Positions 1-8,622 of a stretch of DNA of 32,000 nt are shown piece after piece. Positions within the stretch are counted from its first letter, which is position 1; the number at the start of each line of letters is the position of its first letter. The DNA comes from Dickeya dadantii NCPPB 898 (GTDB lineage: Bacteria > Pseudomonadota > Gammaproteobacteria > Enterobacterales > Enterobacteriaceae): NCBI RefSeq assembly GCF_000406145.1, contig NZ_CM001976.1, forward strand, positions 1,712,551 to 1,744,550, written 5' to 3'. Made by a program: the position numbers and the translations under genes. The notes beneath the pieces are model-generated. The model was not told the DNA's origin, did not search any database, and saw only the letters and a program-made list of their open reading frames with translations.

Positions 1-690
1 GCCGGCGGCGGCTATCAGCGCATCGAAATGGGTAAAGAAGCCTGGCCGGCGGCGGCCTGGCTGGCGGCGCAGGGGTATACCGCCTATGTGCTGGCCTACC
101 GCCTGCCCGGCGAGGGCTGGCATGACGGCAACCGGGTGGCGTTGCAGGATGCCCAGCGTGCGTTGCGCCTGATTCGCCGTCGCGAGCAACGGGTCGGCGT
201 GCTGGGGTTTTCGGCGGGCGGGCATCTGTTGGGCATGGCGGCGCTCAGGCACGATGCTGCCTATACGCCGCAGGATGCGCTGGATACCCTGCCGATTCAG
301 GTTGACCACGCCGCGTTGATCTATCCGGTGATTACGCTGGAAAACCCCTACCAGCATACCGCCACCCACCGGGTATTGGTGGGGCAGGATGCCACGCCGG
401 CGGCGGAAGCCGAGTGGTCGGTACAATCGTACGTGTCGCGGCGTTCGCCGCCGTTTTTTCTGGTGCAGGCGGAGGATGACACAGTGTCTGACCCGCACAA
501 CACCCTGATCATGGCGCAGGCCTGCCGGCGGGCGCAGGTGCCGGTGGCGATGCTGCGCTACCCGGTCGGCGGGCACGGTTTCGGGCTGGGTGAGCCGGGT
601 ACGCCGGTCGCGGCCTGGCCGCAGACATACCTGAACTGGCTGCGCCGTCAGAACCCTGCCGTCGTGGCTGAAAAGGAGCATGTAACATGA
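1..690 (+). CDS. alpha/beta hydrolase, esterase-like (5' end lies outside the window)
   Basis: The reading frame is open from nt 1 (AGGGYQRIE precedes the first ATG at 28). It has a GFSAGGH nucleophile elbow (G-x-S-x-G), a downstream acidic residue (AEDD) and a GGHGF His motif typical of the esterase/lipase fold. The stop is TGA at 688-690. Confidence 0.75.
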   Translation, partial: AGGGYQRIEMGKEAWPAAAWLAAQGYTAYVLAYRLPGEGWHDGNRVALQDAQRALRLIRRREQRVGVLGFSAGGHLLGMAALRHDAAYTPQDALDTLPIQVDHAALIYPVITLENPYQHTATHRVLVGQDATPAAEAEWSVQSYVSRRSPPFFLVQAEDDTVSDPHNTLIMAQACRRAQVPVAMLRYPVGGHGFGLGEPGTPVAAWPQTYLNWLRRQNPAVVAEKEHVT

Positions 691-1733
691 GAATGACGAT
701 GCTGATGAGTGCAGTGCGATGGGGACTGGGCGCACTCGCCGCTGGCGTGATGACATCGGCGCAGGCCGGCGAATCGCGCTGTCTGGCGGCAACCGCACCG
801 TCAAAATCCGCCCTGCTATCGGCCGCTTCCCGCCCGCCGTCGCCGCAACCGCAGGCGCTGCCGGTCATGCACATCGAAGGTACGTTGCCCCATCAGGGTA
901 TTTATGACATTTCCTACGCGGCCCGGCGCGACTTTGGTTACATGCGCGATCTGGCGCTGGCGTGGCGCATGGCTGGAGACGCGGCCTCGCTGTCACGGCT
1001 GGCGGTCTATCTGGACGACTGGATCAAGACTTACCGTTTGAGTTTCAACCCTATTGATGAAACCAGCTTTGACGGGTTGATTGATGCCTATCGGATGACC
1101 CGAAACGACCTGCCGGAGGCCACGCGGGAGCGTACCCGCCGTTTTCTGAACGACCTGACCACCGGGTATCTGCAACGGATGCAGGCGCATCAACAGGATA
1201 AGCGCGGCACCTGGAACAATAACTGGCAGAGTCACCGTGTCAAGCTGGTGACGATGGGCGCGGCCGCGCTGGACGATCCCCGCCTGATGGCGGCGGCGCA
1301 AGAGGCTTTTGTACGCCAGTTGAACGCCAATGTCCGTGCCGATGGCGAAGTGCTGGATTTCAGCCAGCGCGATGCGCTGCATTATGTGGTGTATGACCTG
1401 GAGCCGCTGGTGCGCGCGGTGCTGGCCGCCCGCGCGCAGGGGCATGACTGGCTTGATCTGAAAAGTCGTGACGGACAAAGCCTGCGTACCGCGCTGGCGT
1501 GGCTTAAGCCTTATGCCGACGGTGTGAAGACCCACGAAGAGTTTGCCCGTACCACGGTGCGTTTTGATATCGAGCGTCGGCAGGCCGGGGTGGAGGGATT
1601 CGACGGATTATGGCCGCCCAAAACGGCGTCCGCCCTGTACTGGTCGGCCAGCCTGCTGGATGCCGGCTATCTGGAAACCGCCCGTAAGCTGAATGCCACG
1701 CCGCCCAGATGGCTGTGGGCGGCGTGCTGGTGA
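687..1733 (+). CDS. secreted alginate-lyase-family (PF05426/PL5-like fold) polysaccharide lyase
   Basis: The N-terminus MRMTMLMSAVRWGLGALAAGVMTSAQA looks like a Sec signal peptide. LALAWRMAGD...LDDWIKTY and WNNNWQSHR resemble the conserved N-N-(H/W)-x-S-(Y/H) catalytic region of alginate lyases. The ATG overlaps the upstream stop (ATGA). Confidence 0.6.
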   Translation: MRMTMLMSAVRWGLGALAAGVMTSAQAGESRCLAATAPSKSALLSAASRPPSPQPQALPVMHIEGTLPHQGIYDISYAARRDFGYMRDLALAWRMAGDAASLSRLAVYLDDWIKTYRLSFNPIDETSFDGLIDAYRMTRNDLPEATRERTRRFLNDLTTGYLQRMQAHQQDKRGTWNNNWQSHRVKLVTMGAAALDDPRLMAAAQEAFVRQLNANVRADGEVLDFSQRDALHYVVYDLEPLVRAVLAARAQGHDWLDLKSRDGQSLRTALAWLKPYADGVKTHEEFARTTVRFDIERRQAGVEGFDGLWPPKTASALYWSASLLDAGYLETARKLNATPPRWLWAACW

Positions 1734-1766
1734 AGTGCCGGCGCTTCTGCGTGTTATCGGGGTGGG

Positions 1767-2735
1767 TTAGCCGGCCAGTAGCTGACCATAGCGGGCAAGA
1801 TCGACGTTACCGCCGCTGACGATAACGCCGACGCGTTTCCCCCGTAGTTCGTTCTGGCAGGCTTGAGCCGCAGCGAAGCCGAGGCAGCCGGTCGGCTCCA
1901 CCACCATTTTCATCCGCTCGGCGAAAAAACGCATCGCCGCGACCAGTTCATCATCACTGACGGTCAGAACGTCATCCACGTGAGCGCGAATCAGCGCGAA
2001 GGTGTACTGGCCCAGATGCTGCGTTTGGGCGCCGTCGGCGAGGGTGTGGGGCGTATCGATATGCACGATACGGCCGGAGCGAAAGGACTGCTGACCGTCG
2101 TTGCCGGCTTCAGGTTCGACGCCGTATACCCGGCAGCCGGGCGACAGCCTGCGCGCCGACAGTGCCGAACCGGACAGCAGCCCGCCGCCGCCCATACAGA
2201 CAAACAGCGCATCCAGTTCGCCCACTTCCTCGAACAGCTCTTTAGCCGCAGTTCCCTGACCGGCGATGATATGCGGGTGGTCGAAGGGCGGAATCAACGT
2301 CATGCCGTGTTGTTGCGCCAGTTCGCGCCCGATGGCTTCGCGGTCCTGCGTGTAACGGTCGAAGGTCACCACCTGCGCGCCGTACCCTTTGGTGGCGGCG
2401 ATCTTGGCCGCGGGGGCGTCCTGCGGCATGACGATGGTGGCCGGCATCCCCAGCAGCTTTGCCGACAGGGCGATCGCCTGCGCGTGGTTGCCGGAGGAGA
2501 AGGCCACTACGCCGGCCGCCTTCTGCTCCGCGGTGAATTGCAACAACGCGTTCATCGCACCGCGAAATTTAAACGCGCCCATGCGCTGGAAGTTTTCGCA
2601 TTTGAAGTAAAGCTCTGCGCCGAATGCGTCGTTGACGGTACGGGAGGTGAGAACCGGCGTTCGGTGGGCATAACCGGCAATCCGGTCGCTGGCGGCGGCG
2701 ACGTCGTCATAAGAGGGCAGAACAATCGGGTCCAT
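1767..2735 (-). CDS. PLP-dependent threonine/serine dehydratase (serine racemase/threo-3-hydroxyaspartate ammonia-lyase-like)
   Basis: FKCENFQRMGAFKFRGAMN contains the PLP-lysine motif of the beta-family dehydratases. SSGNHAQA and a GGGGL glycine loop are present. The size of 322 aa fits the catabolic, regulatory-domain-less type. Confidence 0.85.
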   Translation of the reverse strand: MDPIVLPSYDDVAAASDRIAGYAHRTPVLTSRTVNDAFGAELYFKCENFQRMGAFKFRGAMNALLQFTAEQKAAGVVAFSSGNHAQAIALSAKLLGMPATIVMPQDAPAAKIAATKGYGAQVVTFDRYTQDREAIGRELAQQHGMTLIPPFDHPHIIAGQGTAAKELFEEVGELDALFVCMGGGGLLSGSALSARRLSPGCRVYGVEPEAGNDGQQSFRSGRIVHIDTPHTLADGAQTQHLGQYTFALIRAHVDDVLTVSDDELVAAMRFFAERMKMVVEPTGCLGFAAAQACQNELRGKRVGVIVSGGNVDLARYGQLLAG

Positions 2736-2932
2736 GGCGGTTCCTTTAGGTAAACGATTTATCCAGTTTTGAACAAAATGTCTTGTTTTTTATAGCCTGT
2801 CTTGCGGACGTTGCCAACCGTTTTTAGCGGGCTGACGGCATTGCCCACCCGGATGATCGCCGGGTTGAATTTGACATAATGTCTATTTGTAAATATTTTA
2901 TCCAAAAATAAGTGGATGGAAGGATAAACGGG

Positions 2933-3553
2933 ATGACGTCTCTGCCCGATTCGATACTGTTTGAACAGCTGGGTGCCATTGCGGAAGGGCTGGGGGAAAC
3001 CTTTGCGCCGTTTTGCGAAGTGGTGATCCATGACCTGAAAAACCCGGAACACGCCATTCTGGCGATCTACAACAACCTTTCCGGGCGGGAAGTGGGGCAG
3101 CGGGCCACAGAGCTGGGGCTGGCGCGTATCGCATCGCCGGAGTTTCCCCGCATCGTGGCGAATTACGCCAACCAGTTCGCCGATGGCCGGCCGGTGAAAA
3201 GCACCTCGATCGGCATCAAGGACGCCAGCGGCGAGTATGTCGCATCGCTGTGTCTCAATGTCGATATGACGCTGTTTCGCGGCATCCAGCACGCCTTCGC
3301 CCGGTTCAATCAGGTCAGCACCGGCGCGCTTAACGAAAGCCTGGAGCCGTCGGGTTCCGAAGCGATTCGTCAGCGTATCGATCAGTTTGCGGCGCGTCTG
3401 GCGACTACGCCGCGCGCGCTCAAAGCGCCGGAACGGCGCCAACTGATTCAGGAACTGCGGGAACACGGCCTGCTCGACGTGAAGAAATCGATGGAAACCA
3501 TCGCCCAGCATCTGGGGATCTCTCGCGCCTCGGTTTACAGCTACGCCAGATAG
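2933..3553 (+). CDS. YheO-like (PAS-like sensor + C-terminal HTH) transcriptional regulator
   Basis: The N-terminal half (FCEVVIHDL...AILAIYNNLSGREVG) resembles the YheO-like PAS domain. The C-terminus SMETIAQHLGISRASVYSY is an HTH. I preferred the ATG at 2933, preceded by GGAAGGA, over the ATG at 2912. The gene is divergent from the dehydratase. Confidence 0.7.
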   Translation: MTSLPDSILFEQLGAIAEGLGETFAPFCEVVIHDLKNPEHAILAIYNNLSGREVGQRATELGLARIASPEFPRIVANYANQFADGRPVKSTSIGIKDASGEYVASLCLNVDMTLFRGIQHAFARFNQVSTGALNESLEPSGSEAIRQRIDQFAARLATTPRALKAPERRQLIQELREHGLLDVKKSMETIAQHLGISRASVYSYAR

Positions 3554-3591
3554 CTCCTATTACAGATAACCCTTATTCCGATAACCCCCAT

Positions 3592-3612
3592 TGGGCCGCA
3601 TAGCGCGGCCCA
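3592..3612. terminator. GC-rich hairpin between convergent genes (candidate bidirectional terminator)
   Basis: TGGGCCGC-atagc-GCGGCCCA forms a perfect 8-bp stem between the ends of the YheO-like gene (+) and the MFS gene (-). There is no clear U-tract. Confidence 0.45.
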
Positions 3613-3651
3613 TTCGTCGCGTTCAGCCCCGGTGCTTAAGACCGAAAGCGG

Positions 3652-4863
3652 TTACTGCGCGCCGCGTTCCCTTTTATATAATCGGCTGACCGTGAGCGCG
3701 ATAACGAAAAATAACCCGCTGATCGCAATAAACAGCCCCCAGAACCATGGGACGATGTCGCGTGAATGGAAGTAGTCGAACAGAATGCCGTTCAGAGTGT
3801 AACCGAGGCCGACGCCCGTCATCGAAAATAACCCCAGTATGCCCATGACGGTGCCGGTGGCGTTTACCGGCACATTGGCTATTGCCTGAGCATCTATCAT
3901 TACCGTGAAAAGTACCTCGGCGATACTGAAGAAAAATATACCGGCGGCGTAGAAAAACAGCTGTGACGGGAAGTCCATTAATGACGAAATGGCAATCAAA
4001 ATAAAGGCCACGGAAAAAATCAGAAAACCATAGGAAAGTTCGATAGCGGCGGTTTTTACTCTCCTGATAATAAACAGATTTGATAAAATCACGGTGATCG
4101 CGTTGATGGTAAATGTCATTCCGGATGCCAGTAATGAAATATTCAGAGAAGAATAAAGCGGAAATACCAGTTCGAGAAAAGTATAGAAATAAAAAAAGCA
4201 TAATTGCATCAGAAATAATGGACGTATATTGGCCTGCCGGAGCATTGATAACCATTGCCAGGGTGAGGCGCGTTTGCGATCGGCATTATAACTGCGGAAA
4301 TTGGAGAGCGTCATCGCATAGATTATCGCGACGATCACCAGACAGGCGGCGTTGGCGTAACACAGAAAGGCGAAATCGTAACCGATCATCAGATAACCCA
4401 CTAGCGGACCGACTGCCACTCCCATATTGATCGCCAGGCCGATAGACGCGAAGGCTTTCATGTTGCTGTCAATCAGCTCAAGCATGGCTTTCTTGCTGGC
4501 TATCATGCCGCACGCCAGGCCGACGCCGTTGAGCAGTGAGGACGCGACCAGCCCGGCAAAGGTATGGGCATCCGCCAGCAGGATTAACCCGATGATGCGC
4601 AAAGCGATACCCAGCAGCGCCACCTTTTTGGCGCCGATGTTGTCAGCCATCATACCGGCAGGCAAGGTGAGTCCTTTTTCCAGGGTGGCGCGCAGCATCA
4701 ATAATAACGAAACCTGAAATACGCTCATCCCCAGTGACTGGTATAAATACACAACATAATAGGGGATAATAAAAAATGACGATAATACGGATAAGAATGT
4801 CCCCGCCAGTAAAAACCAGGATTTATTGTGTAGCAATACATCTTTTGTGAATAAAAACTTCAT
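3652..4863 (-). CDS. MFS transporter (orphan, AT-rich gene)
   Basis: The 403-aa protein is highly hydrophobic with about 12 predicted helices. It has an MFS-like loop (GMMADNIGAKK) between the early helices. Its composition is visibly AT-richer than the flanking genes. Confidence 0.75.
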   Translation of the reverse strand: MKFLFTKDVLLHNKSWFLLAGTFLSVLSSFFIIPYYVVYLYQSLGMSVFQVSLLLMLRATLEKGLTLPAGMMADNIGAKKVALLGIALRIIGLILLADAHTFAGLVASSLLNGVGLACGMIASKKAMLELIDSNMKAFASIGLAINMGVAVGPLVGYLMIGYDFAFLCYANAACLVIVAIIYAMTLSNFRSYNADRKRASPWQWLSMLRQANIRPLFLMQLCFFYFYTFLELVFPLYSSLNISLLASGMTFTINAITVILSNLFIIRRVKTAAIELSYGFLIFSVAFILIAISSLMDFPSQLFFYAAGIFFFSIAEVLFTVMIDAQAIANVPVNATGTVMGILGLFSMTGVGLGYTLNGILFDYFHSRDIVPWFWGLFIAISGLFFVIALTVSRLYKRERGAQ

Positions 4864-5571
4864 TTATGGATAACCCTGTGATGTTCCAGCCTGTGGATTT
4901 TTCCAACCGGCGGCGTTGTTTCTAATCATTTGGAATGACTTCCAATTATGGCGTTATTTCCAATCCGTTATTTCCAGTCTATGGTGCTAACCGGTCGCGC
5001 TAATAACATCGATGGAGAATGTGGGGCATGAGCGTAAACGACGGGGAATTTCATGCTCTGGGATTTTTCTTATTCATTATGAACTTTTTGTTAAATCCTG
5101 TCCTCTGGTGTTTTTAAATGTGACCTTATTTATAAAGTTAATAACGGCGAAGAAGCGGATACCGCCGCGAGGTCTGTTTTCCGATAGCCGCCGCGCTTAA
5201 TAAGCGCGCTTATCGATTATCTAAGCGGGCGACGCATCGGTTGTTTTTTAATCATTGGCGGCGCGCACGCCGGACAGTATCCGCATGACGCTCAATTCAA
5301 TAATGCCAATCGCCGGTCACAGGATACGGAACAATTATCATGGGAAAATGGTGGAGAAATGACCGGTGGTCTATGCTTTCCAAAATAGGAAGATGCGACG
5401 GATGACGTGAGACACATATTTTTCTTTTTGATGGTGTATAAGAAGTAAGAGCTATTTGAAGCGCGCCAGCGATCGCGTAGAGTGAGGTGGTAGGGTATTG
5501 CCCTGATTTGCCTGCATTACTGATGTTGCCTTGTAACCACACAACTAATAATTATTTGCATTGAGGACAGA

Positions 5572-6549
5572 ATGGATAAATTTCAAAGAGAGATTGAGGA
5601 GAGAACCAATCTTACCTCATCCAACAAGTTTGAATTGTTATTGTTCCGTTTAGGATCGGCTACCGGTGAAGGGCCGTCCGAGCTGTTCGGTATCAATGTG
5701 TTCAAGCTTCGTGAAATCGTTCCGATGCCAACCTTGACCAAGGCTGCGGGTATGATACCGCCGATGCTTGGCATGATTAATATTCGCGGGCAGATTATTC
5801 CCGTTATCGATCTTCCGGCGGTGGTGGGGTGTGCTGCGAGTACCGGGCGTAACATCCTGCTGGTGACGGAATATGCACGCAGCACCCAGGCTTTTGCGGT
5901 CGAGTCCGTCGACGACATTGTTCGTCTGGACTGGAGTCAGGTAAACACGGCCGAAGCGGGCGTCAGCAATACCTATATCACCAGTATTGCGCGTCTGGAC
6001 AGCGACCCGTCGAGCAACCGTCTGGCGCTGGTGTTGGATGTTGAACAGATCCTGCACGATATTATTCCGACCGAGCGTGAGATTAAGATTGAAAGCGTCG
6101 AAGAGAAAACCTTCCACCTGAAGCCCGGTGCGGTGGCGATTGTGGCCGAAGACTCTAAAGTCGCGCGAACGATGCTGGAAACGGGGCTGAAGGTGATGAA
6201 TATCCCGTACATCATGCATATCACCGGGCTGGAAGCCTGGAACAAGATCAAAGCGATGGCGGAGGAAGCGAAGGCGGAAGGCCGGCCGATTTCGGACAAG
6301 ATTGCCTTTGTGCTGACCGACCTGGAAATGCCGGAGATGGATGGATTTACGCTGACGCGCAATATCAAGCGTGATGAAGTGCTTAAGAGCATCCCGGTGA
6401 TTATTCACTCTTCACTGTCCGGCACCGCTAACGAAGACCACGTACGTAATGTGGGCGCGGATTCGTATGTGGCGAAATTTGAAATCAATGAACTGGCCGC
6501 CGCGATTCACAGCGTGGTGGATCGCGTGAAACCGGCATCAGCCAAATAA
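5572..6549 (+). CDS. cheV: chemotaxis coupling protein CheV (CheW-like domain + receiver domain)
   Basis: The N-terminal part is CheW-like (LLLFRLG...FGINVFKLREIV...INIRGQIIPVIDL). The C-terminal part is a REC domain (IVAEDS...LTDLEMPEMDGFTL...SSLSG...KF). GAGGA lies 5 nt upstream of the ATG. Confidence 0.9.
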   Translation: MDKFQREIEERTNLTSSNKFELLLFRLGSATGEGPSELFGINVFKLREIVPMPTLTKAAGMIPPMLGMINIRGQIIPVIDLPAVVGCAASTGRNILLVTEYARSTQAFAVESVDDIVRLDWSQVNTAEAGVSNTYITSIARLDSDPSSNRLALVLDVEQILHDIIPTEREIKIESVEEKTFHLKPGAVAIVAEDSKVARTMLETGLKVMNIPYIMHITGLEAWNKIKAMAEEAKAEGRPISDKIAFVLTDLEMPEMDGFTLTRNIKRDEVLKSIPVIIHSSLSGTANEDHVRNVGADSYVAKFEINELAAAIHSVVDRVKPASAK

Positions 6550-6562
6550 AGTAACTCCTGCT

Positions 6563-6593
6563 CGGCCCCGGACTGTTTATCCGGAACGGGGCC
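6563..6593 (+). terminator. hairpin downstream of cheV
   Basis: CGGCCCCGG...CCGGAACGGGGCCG is an imperfect GC stem starting 14 nt after the cheV stop. The T-tract is weak. Confidence 0.4.
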
Positions 6594-6966
6594 GATATTC
6601 TCACTACGTATCAGGCGGTGTGGACTCCTGCCGATATTCCCCGTTAGCGTCTCACGCTGTTCCCTGCTCATCCACGATGGCGTTTTTCTGCCCTGGCTAC
6701 CGTCTTTGCCACCATCAGGTTTTTCGCCGTCAACAATACGGCTGCGTTAAAAGCGCTGGCTCGATCACAATTTGCATTACATGAGGGAGTTGTGGAAAAC
6801 CGCGGCCCGCGTGCGCTGGCACGGTAATCACCTGGGGCGTGCCACTGATCTTTACTCTAAAGCTAATGATTGCGATACCGGCTTGATTGAAGCGGCAATA
6901 ACCGGGGAACATACTTTAACCAGACCAAGGCAAATCAAAATGATGAGCTGAATCAGGAGGTTAATT

Positions 6967-8622
6967 ATGTTGTCTGGGCAAACGTCACCGCGGCTCTGGA
7001 ACACGCGCCGCAGTGAAAAACAACGGCGGAAGGCGTCGATAGCCGTGCCGGGCAAGGTGCTTCCCACGGAACATCTTGCCGCTATGCTGGAAAAGCTGAT
7101 CGCCCCCGGCGATAAGGTGGTGCTGGAAGGCAATAACCAGAAGCAGGCCGATTTTCTCTCCCGCACGCTGGCAGAGGTTGATCCGCAGAAAGTGCATGAT
7201 TTGCATATGATCATGCCGAGCGTCGGACGCAGCGAACATCTGGATATTTTTGAGAAAGGCATCGCCCACAAGCTCGATTTTTCCTTCTCGGGCACGCAGA
7301 GTCTGCGCATTTCGCAGCTGCTGGAGGATGGCGCGCTGGAAGTCGGCGCCATTCATACCTATATCGAACTCTATTCCCGCCTGTATGTTGACCTGATCCC
7401 CAATGTGGCGCTGGTCGCGGGTTATAAAGCCGACCGCAAAGGCAACCTGTACACCGGCCCCAGCACCGAAGACACGCCGGCGCTGGTTGAAGCCGCCGCG
7501 TTCCATGACGGTATCGTCATCGCCCAGGTCAATGAGCTGGTGGACGACGAAACCGACCTGCCGCGCGTCGATATTCCCGGTTCCTGGATTGATTATGTGG
7601 TGGTCGCCGACAAGCCGTTCTTTATCGAACCGCTGTTTACCCGCGATCCGCGACTGATCAAACAAGAGCACATTCTGATGGCGATGATGGCTATCAAAGG
7701 CATCTACGCCGAACATCAGGTGCAGTCGCTCAACCACGGCATCGGTTTTAATACCGCGGCGATTGAACTGCTGCTGCCGACCTACGGCGAGCGTCTGGGG
7801 CTGAAAGGCAAAATCTGTAAACACTGGACGCTTAACCCGCATCCCACCCTGATTCCGGCGATCGAGAGCGGCTGGGTCGACAGCGTCCACTGCTTTGGCG
7901 GCGAGCTGGGGATGGAGGCGTATATCGCCGCCCGGCCGGACGTGTTCTTCACCGGCTCCGACGGCTCCATGCGCTCCAACCGCGCGTTTTGCCAACTGGC
8001 GGGGCAGTATGCCGTGGACATGTTCATCGGGTCGACATTGCAGGTCGACGGGCTGGGCAACTCGTCCACCGTCACCAAAGGCCGCCTTTCCGGGTTCGGC
8101 GGCGCGCCCAACATGGGGCATGACCCGCACGGCCGCCGTCACGCCACGCCGGCATGGCTCGCCATGATTAACGAACCCGACCCGATGCAGCGCGGGCGCA
8201 AGCTGGTGGTGCAGATGGTGGAAACCTTCCAGGCCGGCGTCAAACCGACCTTTGTGGAAAAACTCGACGCCGTGGACGTGGCGAAAGCCGCCGGTATGCC
8301 GCTGGCGCCGGTGATGATTTATGGCGACGACGTCACCCATGTGCTGACCGAAGAAGGCATCGCCTACCTCTATCGCGCCAATAGCCTGGAAGAACGTCGG
8401 GCGATGGTGGCGGCGGTGGCCGGGATCACCGACATCGGGCTGGGCGTGGACGCGCAGCGCGTGGCGGAATTCCGCCGCAGCGGCAAGGTGGCGTACCCGG
8501 AAGATTTGGGGATCCGCCGTACCGAAGCGACTCGCTCGCTGCTGGCGGCCGGCAGCGTGGCCGACCTGGTGGAATGGTCGGGCGGCCTGTACAACCCGCC
8601 GGCGAAATTCCGGAGCTGGTAA
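6967..8622 (+). CDS. mdcA: malonate decarboxylase alpha subunit (acetyl-S-ACP:malonate ACP transferase)
   Basis: The size is 551 aa and it is the first gene of an mdc-ordered operon. The N-terminus has RLWNTRRSEKQRR and EGNNQKQADFL, typical of MdcA. A strong AGGAGG RBS lies 6 nt upstream. Confidence 0.9.
   Translation: MLSGQTSPRLWNTRRSEKQRRKASIAVPGKVLPTEHLAAMLEKLIAPGDKVVLEGNNQKQADFLSRTLAEVDPQKVHDLHMIMPSVGRSEHLDIFEKGIAHKLDFSFSGTQSLRISQLLEDGALEVGAIHTYIELYSRLYVDLIPNVALVAGYKADRKGNLYTGPSTEDTPALVEAAAFHDGIVIAQVNELVDDETDLPRVDIPGSWIDYVVVADKPFFIEPLFTRDPRLIKQEHILMAMMAIKGIYAEHQVQSLNHGIGFNTAAIELLLPTYGERLGLKGKICKHWTLNPHPTLIPAIESGWVDSVHCFGGELGMEAYIAARPDVFFTGSDGSMRSNRAFCQLAGQYAVDMFIGSTLQVDGLGNSSTVTKGRLSGFGGAPNMGHDPHGRRHATPAWLAMINEPDPMQRGRKLVVQMVETFQAGVKPTFVEKLDAVDVAKAAGMPLAPVMIYGDDVTHVLTEEGIAYLYRANSLEERRAMVAAVAGITDIGLGVDAQRVAEFRRSGKVAYPEDLGIRRTEATRSLLAAGSVADLVEWSGGLYNPPAKFRSW

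Noticed and set aside
5133-5162. Sigma-28 (FliA)-like promoter TAAAGTTA ... GCGGATAC upstream of cheV
   Set aside because: The spacer is 14 nt instead of the canonical 11. The -10 matches GCCGATAA at only 6 of 8 positions. The site is about 430 nt from the cheV ATG.
5012-5542. 62-aa (+) and 81-aa (-) ORFs in the AT-rich spacer upstream of cheV
   Set aside because: They have no RBS and no motif. Their composition is what random AT-rich sequence would give, and neither fits an operon context.
6591-6640. Two copies of GCCGATATTC (resembling the sigma-28 -10 GCCGATAA) downstream of cheV
   Set aside because: There is no TAAAGTTT-like -35 at the right distance for either copy. The first copy is simply the 3' flank of the cheV terminator hairpin.
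6841-6966. Candidate MdcR (LysR, T-N11-A) box upstream of mdcA: ATTGC-N21-GCAAT
   Set aside because: The arms are only 5 bp with non-canonical spacing, so it is not distinguishable from chance without footprint data or comparative alignment.
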